A DNA stretch of 64,000 nucleotides from contig OX597817.1 of NCBI GenBank assembly GCA_951406725.2, positions 98,208,001 through 98,272,000 of the forward strand. Direction: 5' to 3'. The notes under the pieces are model-generated. The model searched no databases. It was not told where the DNA came from and saw nothing but the letters and a program-made list of their open reading frames with translations. The first letter of the stretch is position 1. Each line of letters begins with the position of its first letter. Below, one piece after another: positions 1-12,043 of the stretch. Made by a program: the position numbers and the translations under genes. Source of the DNA: Octopus vulgaris (lineage: Eukaryota).

Positions 1-369
1 CAAAATTTCTAAAAAGCTGTGATATCTATCGTTAAAAAAAAGAAAAACCTAAAAGAAGCTCCGAATGTCTTCCTGGGTGATAAAGAATACACTTGAAGAA
101 ATACAAATTAAAATATATTAAATGGGAAGAATTTTTTGCAAATGTACAAAGTGTAAACATTGCAAATAACAACACATGGACTTTATGAAATTTCTAACAT
201 AACTGCGATTTTCGATTGCAAAAAGAAAAAAAATCACAATCTGAATAACTCCTGAGTGAAACACAACACAACACATTTAAAGAAATGCCATCTGTAACAT
301 ACAGAAGAGAAAAACAGAAAAAGTAAAATTATTTACATTCGACGGATATTTGTCATTTTGTTTGTTGTT

Positions 370-415
370 AACACAATGTTTCGGCTGATATACCCTCCAG
401 CCTTCTTCAAGTGTC
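370..415 (-). ncRNA. Hammerhead ribozyme-like motif in the Penelope 3' region (C3 mutated)
   Basis: Minus strand reads cTTGAAGA-a-GGCTG-gagggtatat-CAGCC-GAAAC: core boxes flanking a 5-bp stem II. Confidence 0.65.
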
Positions 416-502
416 TTGGGGAAATTTTGAACCTTGGTTTGCATTCTTAAGGTATTTTTCAATGTTATTGTTATTATTATTATTATTGTTGTTCAGGTGT
501 CT

Positions 503-568
503 GCTTGGAAACGAACTCAGAATCTTGGGGTTAGTAGTCTGCACTCTTAACCACTACACCATATGCCC
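503..568 (-). promoter_or_regulatory. tRNA-derived segment with Pol III A/B boxes
   Basis: Minus strand has TGGTGTAGTGG (A-box-like) and GAGTTCGTTTCC (B-box-like) at tRNA-like spacing. Confidence 0.6.
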
Positions 569-1792
569 CTAGGCAATTATGGAGTGACTTTTAGGGCTTA
601 TAAATCTAGTATTTTTCTATCCTTCCTTAATACCGGTTCCCATATGTTGCACATATCTGCACTTGGTCTACTTAGGAGGTTGTTGTGTCCTAGCATATGT
701 CCTGCTTCTTTTAGTTTTCGTATTTTTCAGTGGTGTCTATTATTTTAATTTCATCCCATAGGGGGAGGTGGTCTCCATTTTTCCATACATGATCAGCTAT
801 ACCCAATTTATCAATATCTCCTTGTGTCACAGCATTGTGATGTTCGTCTAACCTTATTTTGAGGGGGCAGCATGTTTCACCTTTCTATAACCTACCACAG
901 CTTGCATGGGATGGAGTACACACAGTCTTTGGTGGTTTTACTCGAAGGAGATATTTGTGAAGTGTCCTGATGTCATATGGGCCGCATATCTTTTGTATCT
1001 TTACGGAGAGGCCTTTCACATAGGCTAGGCAGACTGTGGACTGTTTATTGGCCTCATCCTCTTGCTTCTTCATAATTGGAGTGGATAGTATACTTTTGGG
1101 GTAGTTGTTGCTTAACAGATCGTTATTGAGCTTGATCATTTCTTCGTGGTATATATCACAATCGCTACTTATATTCTTTGCCTGATGTTTTAGGCCCTGA
1201 GCCATCCTTCTCTTTACACTGTATGGATGGTGGGAATTTAAGTTGAAGTATTGTTCAGTAAAGGTCGGCTTGCAGCATATGGATGTCCTGAATTCATACT
1301 TGGTGCGTGTTATTAATACGTCCAGGAATGCTAGCTGATTGTCTGTTTCCTTTTCCATTGTGAACTGTATGGATGGCTTTATTGAGTTCACATGATCTAA
1401 CAGCACTTGGATATCTTCCTGGTGGGACCAGAGTATATAGATGTCATCAACTTATCGTAGCTGTAGTGTGAATGATGAAGAGGACAACAGAAAAGGAGAA
1501 AGAAAATATAATTAGGTCTTACCTCGGCGAAGATTAGTCTACCAAACTCAGCGAAGATCAGATCTCTCTCAACAAAGTCAATGCATCTCATCGCTTCCTT
1601 GTCTCAGCTCCAACTGCCCTGGCTTCGTTGATGCCACACGTGTGTCGTCGCTCACCGCTTCTGCTTCCTGCTGTGCATGCGCCCTGCAAGCCCTACTTCT
1701 GCCCTCCCCTATCTGTCGTCTTCTCCACCGACACCCCCCCCTGATCTACAGATCACTGAACCGGCTTTCTCACTCGCTCCCCGCTCCCAAAC

Positions 1793-3301
1793 TCACACTT
1801 TAACTTGTTTCATAATCAGCCAACCAGGGAGGAGGGTGCCGTTCCCTCTGTGGTCGCAGTGCAACCCTAGGACTGGTTCCTGGTATGTTGCTGCTGGCCT
1901 CATCATCCTGTCTACTGGTGTTGTTTTCATCTTGCCCACTGCTGCTGGCCCCATCCTCTGAGGCATGGACAATCCTCCATATATCCAAAACGTGGCGTGG
2001 CATACCATCGACCGAGATGTTATTCTTTGAATTTACAGAGGTTATTGTCCCCTTTCCTCATTGTGGTGTACACCGTGCGTTTGGGGGTTTTACCCAAACT
2101 TCTTCCCCGACTATGCCCCGGGTAACATTGATGCAGTACACGGATGCCTCCACTCGTACCTGAATATTGCCCTGTGTGGCACCGACTCCTCAGCCTGTCC
2201 TGATCTGGGCGACATATTGTACTAAAATACAGCCTTGATTGGTGAAATGTGACCCCTCTCTGACATGGCCTTGATGGTACAATGATGCCTTTCCACCACC
2301 CCATTTCCACTTGGCCGGTATGCCGCCCTGAAGAAGCGGTTGACCTTCCACCCATCAAGCATTTCTTTCAGCACATCCAAGCGAAATGCAGTGCCATTAT
2401 CCAGAAGCAGTTCATCCACGGAGCCTCGTTCCAGGAATATCTCATTCAACACTTTCACAATTTCTTCTGCGGTCCCCGTCTTCATCTCCCTTCATATGGC
2501 CAACCGCCCCGGTCCGCAGTCAACCATTGAGAGGTATGTCTCCTGCCGGTAGTGTGTTATGTCCACCGCCAGTCGTTTCCAGTCATGGTCCACTGGAATA
2601 CTTCCCGCTTCATGTATGCCCGGAGCAGGGTCGATGGACTGGCACCTGTCACAGCTGCTAACCACTCTCTGCATGCTCTGTCTTGTTACATCGGAGTCAA
2701 CTTTTCTGGCTAGGAACAATGTCCTGTCCACACCCATGTGATGCATGGTATGCAGTCTCCGCAACTCCGAGTCGCTCAGACGGCATACTGCAGCTACAGC
2801 CTGCTTCACATCCTCTGGCACCTGCAACCAGACTCGCTTTACCCTTCTCAGCTTCAGATTGAACTCAGTGGTTAGTTCACGCAGTATTCCCAATTGACGC
2901 TTTACCAGCATCTCTGCAGCCCCTTTGGTCCACACCCTCCGCTCATTGGTGATGACTGCTGTCACCCAGCCAAGTACAGTGGCCGAATCAGTCCTGGTTT
3001 CTATGGTGTGCAACTCCCACTTCAAGGCCAGGTTCACCCCCTTCAACACGGCATCCAACTCCGCCACATTGATGTGATTGCAGTCATCCGTCTTCCTGAG
3101 CCAGGCTGCATCTTCCACCATGACACCTCCCACTTCTAAGACAACCCCTGTTGCAATGCTACTGGCGTCACACCATACAATCCCGCTCTTTGATTTGGGA
3201 GCATACCAGCTGCCCCTCACTGGGTCCTCTGCTCCTATTCTGACCAAGACTTCCTGCATCATGTCGATCGTCTTCTCCCCCACTCTATCATTCCACTTCA
3301 C
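1793..3301 (-). pseudogene. Gypsy-like RNase H and integrase, broken frames
   Basis: RNase H: WCDASS, HINVAELDAV, TDSATV. Integrase: HHMG..CDRC zinc finger, LAVDITHY, LLLDNGTAF, PSGNGVVERHH. Confidence 0.9.
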
Positions 3302-4555
3302 TCCTTCGGCTCAACTCTTGATGAAGCTACATGCTGTCCGGAGCCAACCTGCAATCGGGTAGTGTCCCACCAGCTTCCCACACACAGAGAACAGTTCCCA
3401 TCTACTCATGCTGGCGCCCAGTTCAGGGACATCATTCCCTCGCCGGAACACCAATGCGCCGGCCTTGTCTCTCTATAGCTTGAGGCCCAGTGCAGCACCT
3501 CCCTCCATTGCCTCTGGTGGCTTGGCAATCAGTCCCAAACTCTTTAGGTGGCCTATGACCTCCGTTGCTGGTATCACGGTTTCATCCACCAGAATGTCAT
3601 CGATGTACGAATTGGTGGCCCTTTTTACTCTGTCCACCTTTCCCAGGATGGCCTTGAGAATTGTTGCCATAATCTTTGGCGCTGAATTCAGCCCGAACCT
3701 CAATCTGGTCAGACAGTACGTCCGGCCCTTATACCTGACAAGCTGGTACTTCCACAATTTCTCAGCCACATGCACCTGTAGGTATGCCGACTTCAAATCA
3801 ACAATCGTGGAGGCCCCTGTCATCTGCCTCCACTCTCGCAAGGTGTCTCCGCAGACATCCGTGGCTTCACCGCCTGTATGACACGATACGTGGTCATTCA
3901 GCTCTCGGAAGTCAAGCACTGGCCTGACCTTATGCTTTGTGGGCTGTATCACCGCCATCAGTGGCAGGACTCCGCTCTCTTCTTTTTCCCAAGGGATCAA
4001 TATGCCCTCCTTAATCCACCACTCCACCTCCCCCTCGAACTCACTTCTGGCATCTCATTTTAGAGTATGCTGATAGCAGCCCACTTCATTCTTTAACATT
4101 GGGGGCTCTCCCTTCCAGTGCCACTCCACTGTCCACCTCTTGCCATCAAAGACAGCCCGAAAATCCTGGTCTTCAATGGTGTGCACAGCATGCTGTTCCT
4201 CACGGTTGTCACCGGTGCATGGTCTCGCCCTACACGGTTTCCCCGCTAACCCAAATGTTACACCAGCCTCGTTAATGGTGACATCTCCCAAGCGGGTGAT
4301 TGCATCCATCCCCATCACCATGTCGATCTCGTCCACCAAGTGACCAACCACAATCACTCGCAGCGTAAGCTGTAGTCCCTGCACCACAATCCGCGCATCT
4401 GTAACCCCTTCGCAGTGTACTTCTCTTCCGTCGACAGCTCTAACACTGCTTCCTCCACTCCACGTCTCTGCCACTTCTGTAGTCATCAGGGTTGTTGTAC
4501 AGCCCATGTCCACAAGGGCTCGCGACATCTTCCCCTCCACCAGAATGTCGACCAC
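3302..4555 (-). pseudogene. Gypsy-like aspartic protease and reverse transcriptase, broken frames
   Basis: ALVDMGC (degenerate DTG), VRPVLDFRELN, VDLKSAYLQ, FGLNSAP, SYIDDIL. Confidence 0.9.
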
Positions 4556-4599
4556 AGGTAGCGACGATAAGCGCGCCTCTACTTATCCGAAGGGACAAC

Positions 4600-5338
4600 T
4601 ACCGGCGCAGTAGTCTCCCACAGCTGTTTCCCCGCAGACACTCGCTGGCCATATGCCCCGGCTCTCGACACCAGTAGCAAATCACCTCAGGCTTGGGCGA
4701 CACGCAGTCACACACCATGTGTGACCTTGGCACCGGAAACACTGTCTTTTGAACGGTCGCACATGTTCTTTCTTTAGCCCCTCTCCGCTGCTCCTAGCTG
4801 GGCCACTTTTCGATGATGCAGTCGCTGCTACCAACGTCATCCTACTGCATGAAACTAGTACGCGTGCCCGAGATATGATGTCCGCCATCGGCATCGAATG
4901 CACATTCGGAAGCTGCTGTAGCTCGACCGACATGTTGTCGGGAAAGCCAGTCACGAACACCAACCTAACCGTCTGGTCCAGCGACTCTCCCTCGTAACCC
5001 GCCAGTTTAGCCAATCTCCTAAGTTCATTGGCAAACACGTCCACCTGTTGCCCAGTCCATCTTGTTCTACCCAGGCGAGCATATGCCTCGAACATTCCCT
5101 CCGCAAAGGCCTCCATCAACCGGACTTCCACTTTCACCGCCCTGAGTTGGTCTGTCTCTTCCATCTCTAAATACAACGCCAACACCGGACCATCCAAGTA
5201 CAGCGGCATGAAGCTCGCCAGGTCACCTATACCATGGAGCTTTGTCACCAACTTTACTTTCTTCAGCCAAGCGACTACATCCGTGTCGCTGCAAAACGGT
5301 TTCATAATTTCGTGCGAAATATGGGCACTCATCATCAT
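4600..5338 (-). pseudogene. Short gag with C-terminal CCHC knuckle remnants
   Basis: 218-aa ORF just after the PBS. CFRC..H near its end and a frameshifted CYWCREPGHMASEC at about 4637-4680. Confidence 0.8.
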
Positions 5339-6872
5339 TTTTATTTATAAAACCGTGTGAGAATTGTTTTTGTTTATACGCCGAAATAGCTTGTAGTGTG
5401 AATGATGAAGAGGACAACAGAAAAGGAGAAAGGAAATATAATTAGGTCTTACCTCGGCGAAGATTAGTCTACCAAACTCAGCGAAGATCAGATCTCTCCC
5501 AACAAAGTCAATGCGTCTCGTCGTTTCCTTGTCTCAGCTTCATTGATGCCACACGTGCGTCGTCGCTCACCGCTTCCGCTTCCTGCCGCGCATGCGCCCT
5601 GCAAGCCCTACTTCCGCCCTCCCCTATCTGTCGTCCTCTCCACCGACACCACAATAGCCATAGTATTGGTTTTAGTGGTGTTGATCCTAAAGCGAAATTC
5701 TCAAAGTATTCCATGCATATATTGGCTATTACCGGTGATAATGGCGAACCCATAGCTAAACCCTCCTCTTGTTGATATATATCAGTGTCCATACTAAAGT
5801 AGGTAGTTTCTAGACAGAAGGTCAACATTTCCACCAAGTTTCTTATTGATATACTAGTGCGTTCTTTTAGATAGGTGTCTATCACTAGTTTTTCTTGTAT
5901 CACCGGTAATGCTTCACCAGCTGGGACTTTGGTGAACAGGCTTATCACATCTAGACTCACCATCTGGTTGGATTCAATAGGAGTATCCTTGATCAATTCT
6001 GTGAAGTGGGTGGAATTCTTCACGTATGATGTTGACTTTCCTGCTAATGGGCTGATTATATCCACAAGGAAGCTGCTCAGTGGATGACATTCTGAACCTC
6101 TACAGCTCACTATAGGTCTTAATGGAATACCATCCTTGTGAATCTTAGGAAGACTGTACATGTGTGGTAGTTTACTGTGATGTTGAGTCAGCTGTCTGTA
6201 TTTCATTGGTGTAAAGTGATCCTTGTTCTTGATCAAGATCTGTGACAACTTCCTCTCTGTTTTCAAAGTAGGGTCTTTCTTTACTTTGCTGTAGCTACCA
6301 TCACTTATAAGACTTGCCAACCTTTCAGTGGACCTTTGTCTAAAACCCTCAATAGAAAACATATTGAATGCTTATATGAATATATATATATGTTTGTGTA
6401 TAATATATAAAAAGAAAAATACGAACTATTGAAAAAATCTTCCCTTCTCAACACATGTAATATGTATGTACCTATGGGTATGTTTGTAAGTAAATATTTA
6501 TGTATGTATGTATGCATATACATTTATGTATGTATATGTATATATATTTATGTATTCCTCATTTATATACCTTTTCATTCCTACATAACTACAATAATCT
6601 TAGTATATATTTTTTTTATATTCCACTATTATTTCTCTTTTGATAACTTTCTCCTTCCTCTGTATATACTTTATCTAATAAGAATAATATAATACACCGA
6701 ATAATAATAATAATTGATTCCTTGGTATGCATATACATATACATATGAATATATAAATATAGAAATATATGTACAAGTGTTTATGTATGTTCATGCGTAT
6801 GTATTTGTATGTACAAGTGTGTATATGTGTATGTATTTGTATTTATAACTTAACCTTATGAACTTTCTAAAT

Positions 6873-6994
6873 TCTCTGATGAACCCCAGAGACACACCCA
6901 AGTACCTAAATCTTATCTACCCAATACTTCAGTTCACTGACAGGATATAAGTAGATTGGGGTACTTTGGCCTCTTGGCTGAAACAGCTGTAAGA
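6873..6994 (+). ncRNA. Type I hammerhead ribozyme with long stem II, in a Penelope pLTR-like AT-rich fragment
   Basis: CTGATGA at 6876-6882 and GAAAC-AGCT-GTA at 6980-6991. The intervening sequence self-pairs (ccagag/ctcttgg, ccaagtacc/ggtactttgg). Confidence 0.75.
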
Positions 6995-7174
6995 TATTAT
7001 TCTATCTTTTGTGATCTACATTATACATTTTAATAATTACTGGTATTTTTATATATTCTATATGTAAAGCATATTATGCTATACATGTATGAATATTGTT
7101 ATAATGGTTTAAAAAGAAAATAAAGTCTAAAAGTTGATGAATACCACCTCTTGATCCCCTCCATTTTCTTCTAG

Positions 7175-7242
<68 letters not shown>

Positions 7243-7687
7243 ATGTGTAAATGCGCGTGTCTGTAATTCTATTTTCTATGTATCTTTCTGAAGAAGCATA
7301 CACAAACATATATACACTCACTCAAATATATAAATATATTTCACACAAACATCCACATTCCTCCCTTTTACATGCATACACATCTGCTCACACAGAGTTG
7401 AAGCGCTGTTTGATTTTTGTTTCACTGTTGACTTTTCCCCCATCCCTGTTCCATCGGTGGATGACCCTTTCCTTTCTCAGTCATATGTTGTGACAGAGAA
7501 ATATACAAGAGTATTATTATAGTAGATTATTATAGGAAAAGATACACAATGCTCTCTTTGCCACTTCCTCTCTCTCATTGCTATTACTTTCTCTTACTCC
7601 CTCTCAGTTATGGCTATTATGCTCACGATTTCTTCATTGAATTACTATTTTCTCTCCTCTCCCTTGACCCTTACTACGTGATTTTGG

Positions 7688-7719
<32 letters not shown>

Positions 7720-7723
<4 letters not shown>

Positions 7724-7846
7724 TTCCAGGTTCAGTCCCACTGCGTGGCATCTTGGGCAAGTGTCTTCTGTTATAGCCCCGGGCCGACCAATGCCTTGTG
7801 AGTGGATTTGGTAGACGAAAACTGAAGGAAGCCTGTCGTATATATG

Positions 7847-7877
<31 letters not shown>

Positions 7878-8090
7878 TTGTGTGTCTGTGTTTGTCCCGC
7901 TAGCATTGCTTGACAACCGATGCTGGTGTGTTTACGTCCCCGTCACTTAGCGGTTTGGCAAAAGAGACCGATGGAATAAGTACTGAGCTTACAAAGAATA
8001 AGTCCCGGGGTCGATTTGCTTGACTAAAGGCGGTGCTCCAGCATGGCCGCAGTGAAATGACTGAAACAAGTAAAAGAGTAAAAAAGAGTA
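7720..8090 (+). mobile_element. tRNA/CORE-type SINE with internal microsatellite, 5' truncated
   Basis: GGTTCAGTCCC B-box, CCTTGGGCAAGT-like CORE segment and AGTAAAAG tail repeats. Same family at 10385-10592 and 47470-49290. Confidence 0.8.
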
Positions 8091-8170
8091 ATATATACAA
8101 ATATATAAAAACAAAATTAGAAATATTGCATTTCTAAATCTTTCAGAGAGACCTATACAGTAGCAGCACA

Positions 8171-8438
8171 ATAAAGTGATGGTTTGTTGCCAACTTAATG
8201 TACAGTCCCAGGAAAAGGAAGAATGCTACTGATATTAAACCCCAGGAAACATCGTTTCCAGTTGGCTATGTGACACAAGCATTATGTGTCCTTATCTCCC
8301 CTGCTAGAAAACATAAGGACACATAACGCTTGTGTCACATAGCCAACTGGAAACAGTGTTTCCTGGGGCTAAACAGCAGTAGCATTCTTCCCTTTCTTGG
8401 GACTGCCACATTAAGATGACAACAAACCATCACTTTAT
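8171..8438. repeat. Foldback palindrome with arms of about 125 bp
   Basis: 8171-8295 is the imperfect reverse complement of 8313-8438, with a loop of about 17 nt. Confidence 0.9.
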
Positions 8439-8896
8439 ATAAAAACACTACGCTCATTATTATATTAGGAGATGATTGTCCGTCCGCTGTTATTTTGCTA
8501 GGTTTTGTTATGGGTTTCACAAATTACTATCACTATTATTATCATTTTCATTATCATCTTTCAATTATGTTTCCTTTTCTTGCCAAGTGCCTTCCTGACA
8601 CCTAAGGCAGAGACACACACTATATACATTTGTAGGCCATTAAAATTATCACACCAGATTGTTCATTTACAAAGTCATGCAATAGAAAAAAGGGGAAGAA
8701 AGACAAAGAGAAGAAGAAAAAAATATAAAATATAAAAGTAAACAAAGAGAATAAATGGCAAAAAGAGAAAGAAAATTCACAGCAGCAATACTCTTCTCAA
8801 TACTGTGATGTACCAGTTAATACAATCTTTTGCACTTCCTGCATGAATAGTAATCCAGGGTCATTCTCAAATAATTTACTGATCATTTCAAGTGCT

Positions 8897-9969
8897 GGAT
8901 CTTTTCCTTTTGATGGACGGGATTTTCTAGTTAACTAAACAATTTGAAACTTCGTATACTGGTAGAATGTGTCAAAAGAAAACATTATTGTAAACAAAAT
9001 TGAAAACAAAATTGTAATTTCTAAGTTTAACGTAGTTTAATGATTCAAATTTTAGCCAATGAAATCCTAACATTCGAACTCAAACCATTTGCTGCGTCTA
9101 AAAACTCACACACACACGTCTTATTCATCCTTGTCTCTTCTGTTTTCTGTCTTCTGCATGTGCTAGAAATAACAGCTATATCTCTTAAATCGATGAATTT
9201 TGTCGCCCAATAAAAATATTAACGATATTTTTTTAATATTTTCTTTATTTTTTTTTACCGAAAAGGCTTCTCCCATGGTTTTGAAGGGCCAGAAACAACA
9301 AAAACAAAACAATAATATGCCTAAAGCGGTCTAGAGTTTGCACGTGGAGTGTGAGTCGTATTGTAAAAATTTGCAAAATATTTTTTCAGAAAAGGATGCC
9401 CCAGCTTGTCGGAAGCTGTGATATAAATTGGGAAAAAAATCCTCGACACCAGTGCGTAATTGGTACTTAATTTATAGACCCCGAAACGATGAAACATTGA
9501 CCCCCCCACTTCTGGTTTATTTATCTTTTGTGTAAATTTGTTGCGGCAAGGGGCAACTCATGAACGTGTATGTATGCTTGTGTGCGTATGTGTGTGTATG
9601 TATATGTCCGTTTGTATGTGTGTGTACGCTTATATATTAATTACTATGTGCTTGTGCAAATGTATATGCATGTGTTTGAGAGAGAGAGAGAGAGAGAGAG
9701 AGTGACAGAGAGTGTACGTGTGTGCAAGTGTATGTGTGTATGTATCTGAATATGTGTGTGTGTTTCAGCTCAAATGCTCGGATTTCATTGGTTAAAATTC
9801 GAAGATGCTGGGATTTCATTGGTTAAAATTTGAATCATTAAACTACGTTAAACTTAGAAATTACAATTTTGTTTACAATAATGTTTTCTTTTGACACATT
9901 CTACCAGTATACGAAGTTTCAAATTGTTTAGTTAACTAGAAAATTCCGTCCCTCAAAAGGAAAAGATCC
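8897..9969. mobile_element. MITE, probably Merlin superfamily
   Basis: TIRs of about 160 bp with GGATC..GATCC ends. Perfect 8-bp TSD CAAGTGCT (8889-8896, 9970-9977). No transposase ORF. Confidence 0.85.
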
Positions 9970-10384
9970 CAAGTGCTCCTACAATCACTGGTATTGTAAC
10001 TATCTTGAGATGCTATCTTTGCTCCAGCTACTGTGTGGTATTATTAAATGTTGTTTAGTTTTGAATTTTGTCTTGTACTTGAGATAATCATAAATATGTG
10101 AGGGTTGGAGTAGATAGTAGGAGAAAGTGAAGCAGCTTGGTGAATAGAGCAAATTCCACAGGTCTGTAAATGGGGTTGGTAGATGGTGAGGAGATCAACA
10201 ATGGGGCTTTACATTCCTGTGAGATCAGGGGACAAAAGAAGTGTCTCACCCTTGCAGTCAGCAGAGGTCAAATGTGTTTACTACTACTACTGATCAATGA
10301 GAATGCTGACCTTGGCCTTGGAAAGAACCAATTCACCTTGTTCTGTTTTTAATTACTAATAGAAAAATAATAATATATATATAT

Positions 10385-10592
10385 GTGTGTTTGTGAGTCT
10401 GTGCTTGTCCCTCCACAACATTGCTTGACAACCGATGTTGGTGTGTTTATGTCCCCCGAAACTTAGTGGTTTGGCAAAAGAGACCAATAGAATAAGTACT
10501 AGGCTTACAAAGAAAAAGTCCTTGGGTCAATTTGTTTGACTAAAGGCAGTGCTCCAGCATGGCCACAGTCAAGTAACTGAAACACATAAAAG
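10385..10592 (+). mobile_element. SINE 3' half
   Basis: Similar to 7880-8080 (gcttgacaaccgatg...gctccagcatggcc...ctgaaac). Confidence 0.8.
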
Positions 10593-11264
10593 AATATACT
10601 GACGTTTACATTGCTAAACTTTTGAATTTTGGGAGGGGAGGATTTTTTGAATTTTCCATTTCTTTTTATAAATTTTGCTGTGGTTTACAGTTTTCATAAT
10701 TGTGCAGTTTGTATATGTTGGCAGATGCTTATCTCCTTAATTTTTATTGTGTTTAATTTGTTGCAATAAAAAGCATGCTTACATATTCGAGTAGTCAAGG
10801 AGAAAAGAAAGGTAAAAAATTTTATAGAAAATTGTAGATATTAAAGTTTTAATTTTCTAAAGATGTTCATTTGTATGTCCAGCTAGAGAAAACTGTAGTG
10901 TTCTTACAATAAAAGTATGTTTACATTTTTGTATATTCAGGGAGAAAGGAAAGGATAGGTATTCACAGAAGTTGTAAATATTAAAGTTTTTAAAGTTTTA
11001 AAGATGATCGTTTGTGTGTTCATCCAGAGAAAATTGTAGACATGTAAGTTTTTAACCTTATTTTGGGGGAAATTAAAAAAAATACTCACTGGAGTTTGTA
11101 AATGTTCCAGTTTTTGAAAGTTATTTTTCAGTTGTTCTGCTGGGTTGTATTAGTGTTCTTGTGTCTTTGGCTACTGTCTGATCGGTGCAGTGAAGAACAT
11201 GTCTAGCCACAGTCTTATTATTATTATTGTTGCTGTTGTTGTTGTTGTTGTTATTACTACTGGG

Positions 11265-11987
11265 TCTTGGTGTGGGCTTGGAGGCGCCGTAGATTGAAGA
11301 GACTGCCTAACATACACCCCATCCTCATCCTCCATATCTTCAGTTGCATGCTTGATCTCACCACTCTTCTCTACGGCTCAGAGTCCTGGATCACTTACCG
11401 CAGTCACATCCATCTCCTCGAGCACTTCCACCAACGATATCTCTGCACCATTCTTAACATTCACTGGGGTGACTTCACCACAAACATTGAAGTCTTGGAG
11501 CGGGCCGAGATCCCCAGCATTGAAGCCATGCTACTGAAGTATCACCTCTGATGGGCAGGGCATATCTCCAGAATGGAGAACCATCGCCTTCCAAAGATTA
11601 CCCTGTTTGGCGAATTCTCCACCAGCCACCGAGTGAGAGGAGCTCTGAGGAAGTGCTACAAAGAATGCCTCAAGAAGTCTCTAACAGCATGTCAAATTAA
11701 CCACCAATGCTGGTCAGACCTGGCTGCGCACCGTGATGTCTGGCGCCACACGATCTTCAACGCAGTCAACAAGTTTGAGGAACAAAGAAGAGGCGCACTT
11801 AAAGACAAGAGATGCAGGAGGAAGGCGACACCACACCGAATGTTACCTTCATCTGTGGACACTGCTCATGGACCTGCCTTTCCATTATCGGACTTGTCAG
11901 TCATGAGTGTGCATGCATGTGATGTGGACAGCCTTCCTGATCTTCGTTCAAGAAGCCGAGCCATGATGACTACTACTACTACTACTC

Positions 11988-12043
<56 letters not shown>

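Larger units (their letters stand above)
1462..5653 (-). mobile_element. Gypsy-like LTR retrotransposon 1, full length, frameshifted
   Basis: LTRs at 1462-~1735 and 5392-5653, with TG..CA outer ends. TSD gtagc (1457-1461) / atagc (5654-5658). G-rich PPT near 1735-1746. Domain order is gag, PR, RT, RNase H, IN. Confidence 0.95.
340..6320 (-). mobile_element. Decayed Penelope-like element (Poseidon-like RT + C-terminal GIY-YIG), interrupted by a Gypsy-like LTR element
   Basis: ORF 5508-6362 has LPKIHK..PLRPIV, SLDVISLFT and GLAMGSPLSP. ORF 885-1406 has IQFTME, FLDVLI and SHHP. A GIY-YIG-like VYSIPC..CG...GET remnant lies near 880-925. The WLR*VDD motif is split by the LTR insertion. Confidence 0.9.

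Noticed and set aside
503-568. Functional tRNA gene
   Set aside because: The acceptor stem and cloverleaf do not close properly. Better explained as a tRNA-derived repeat segment.
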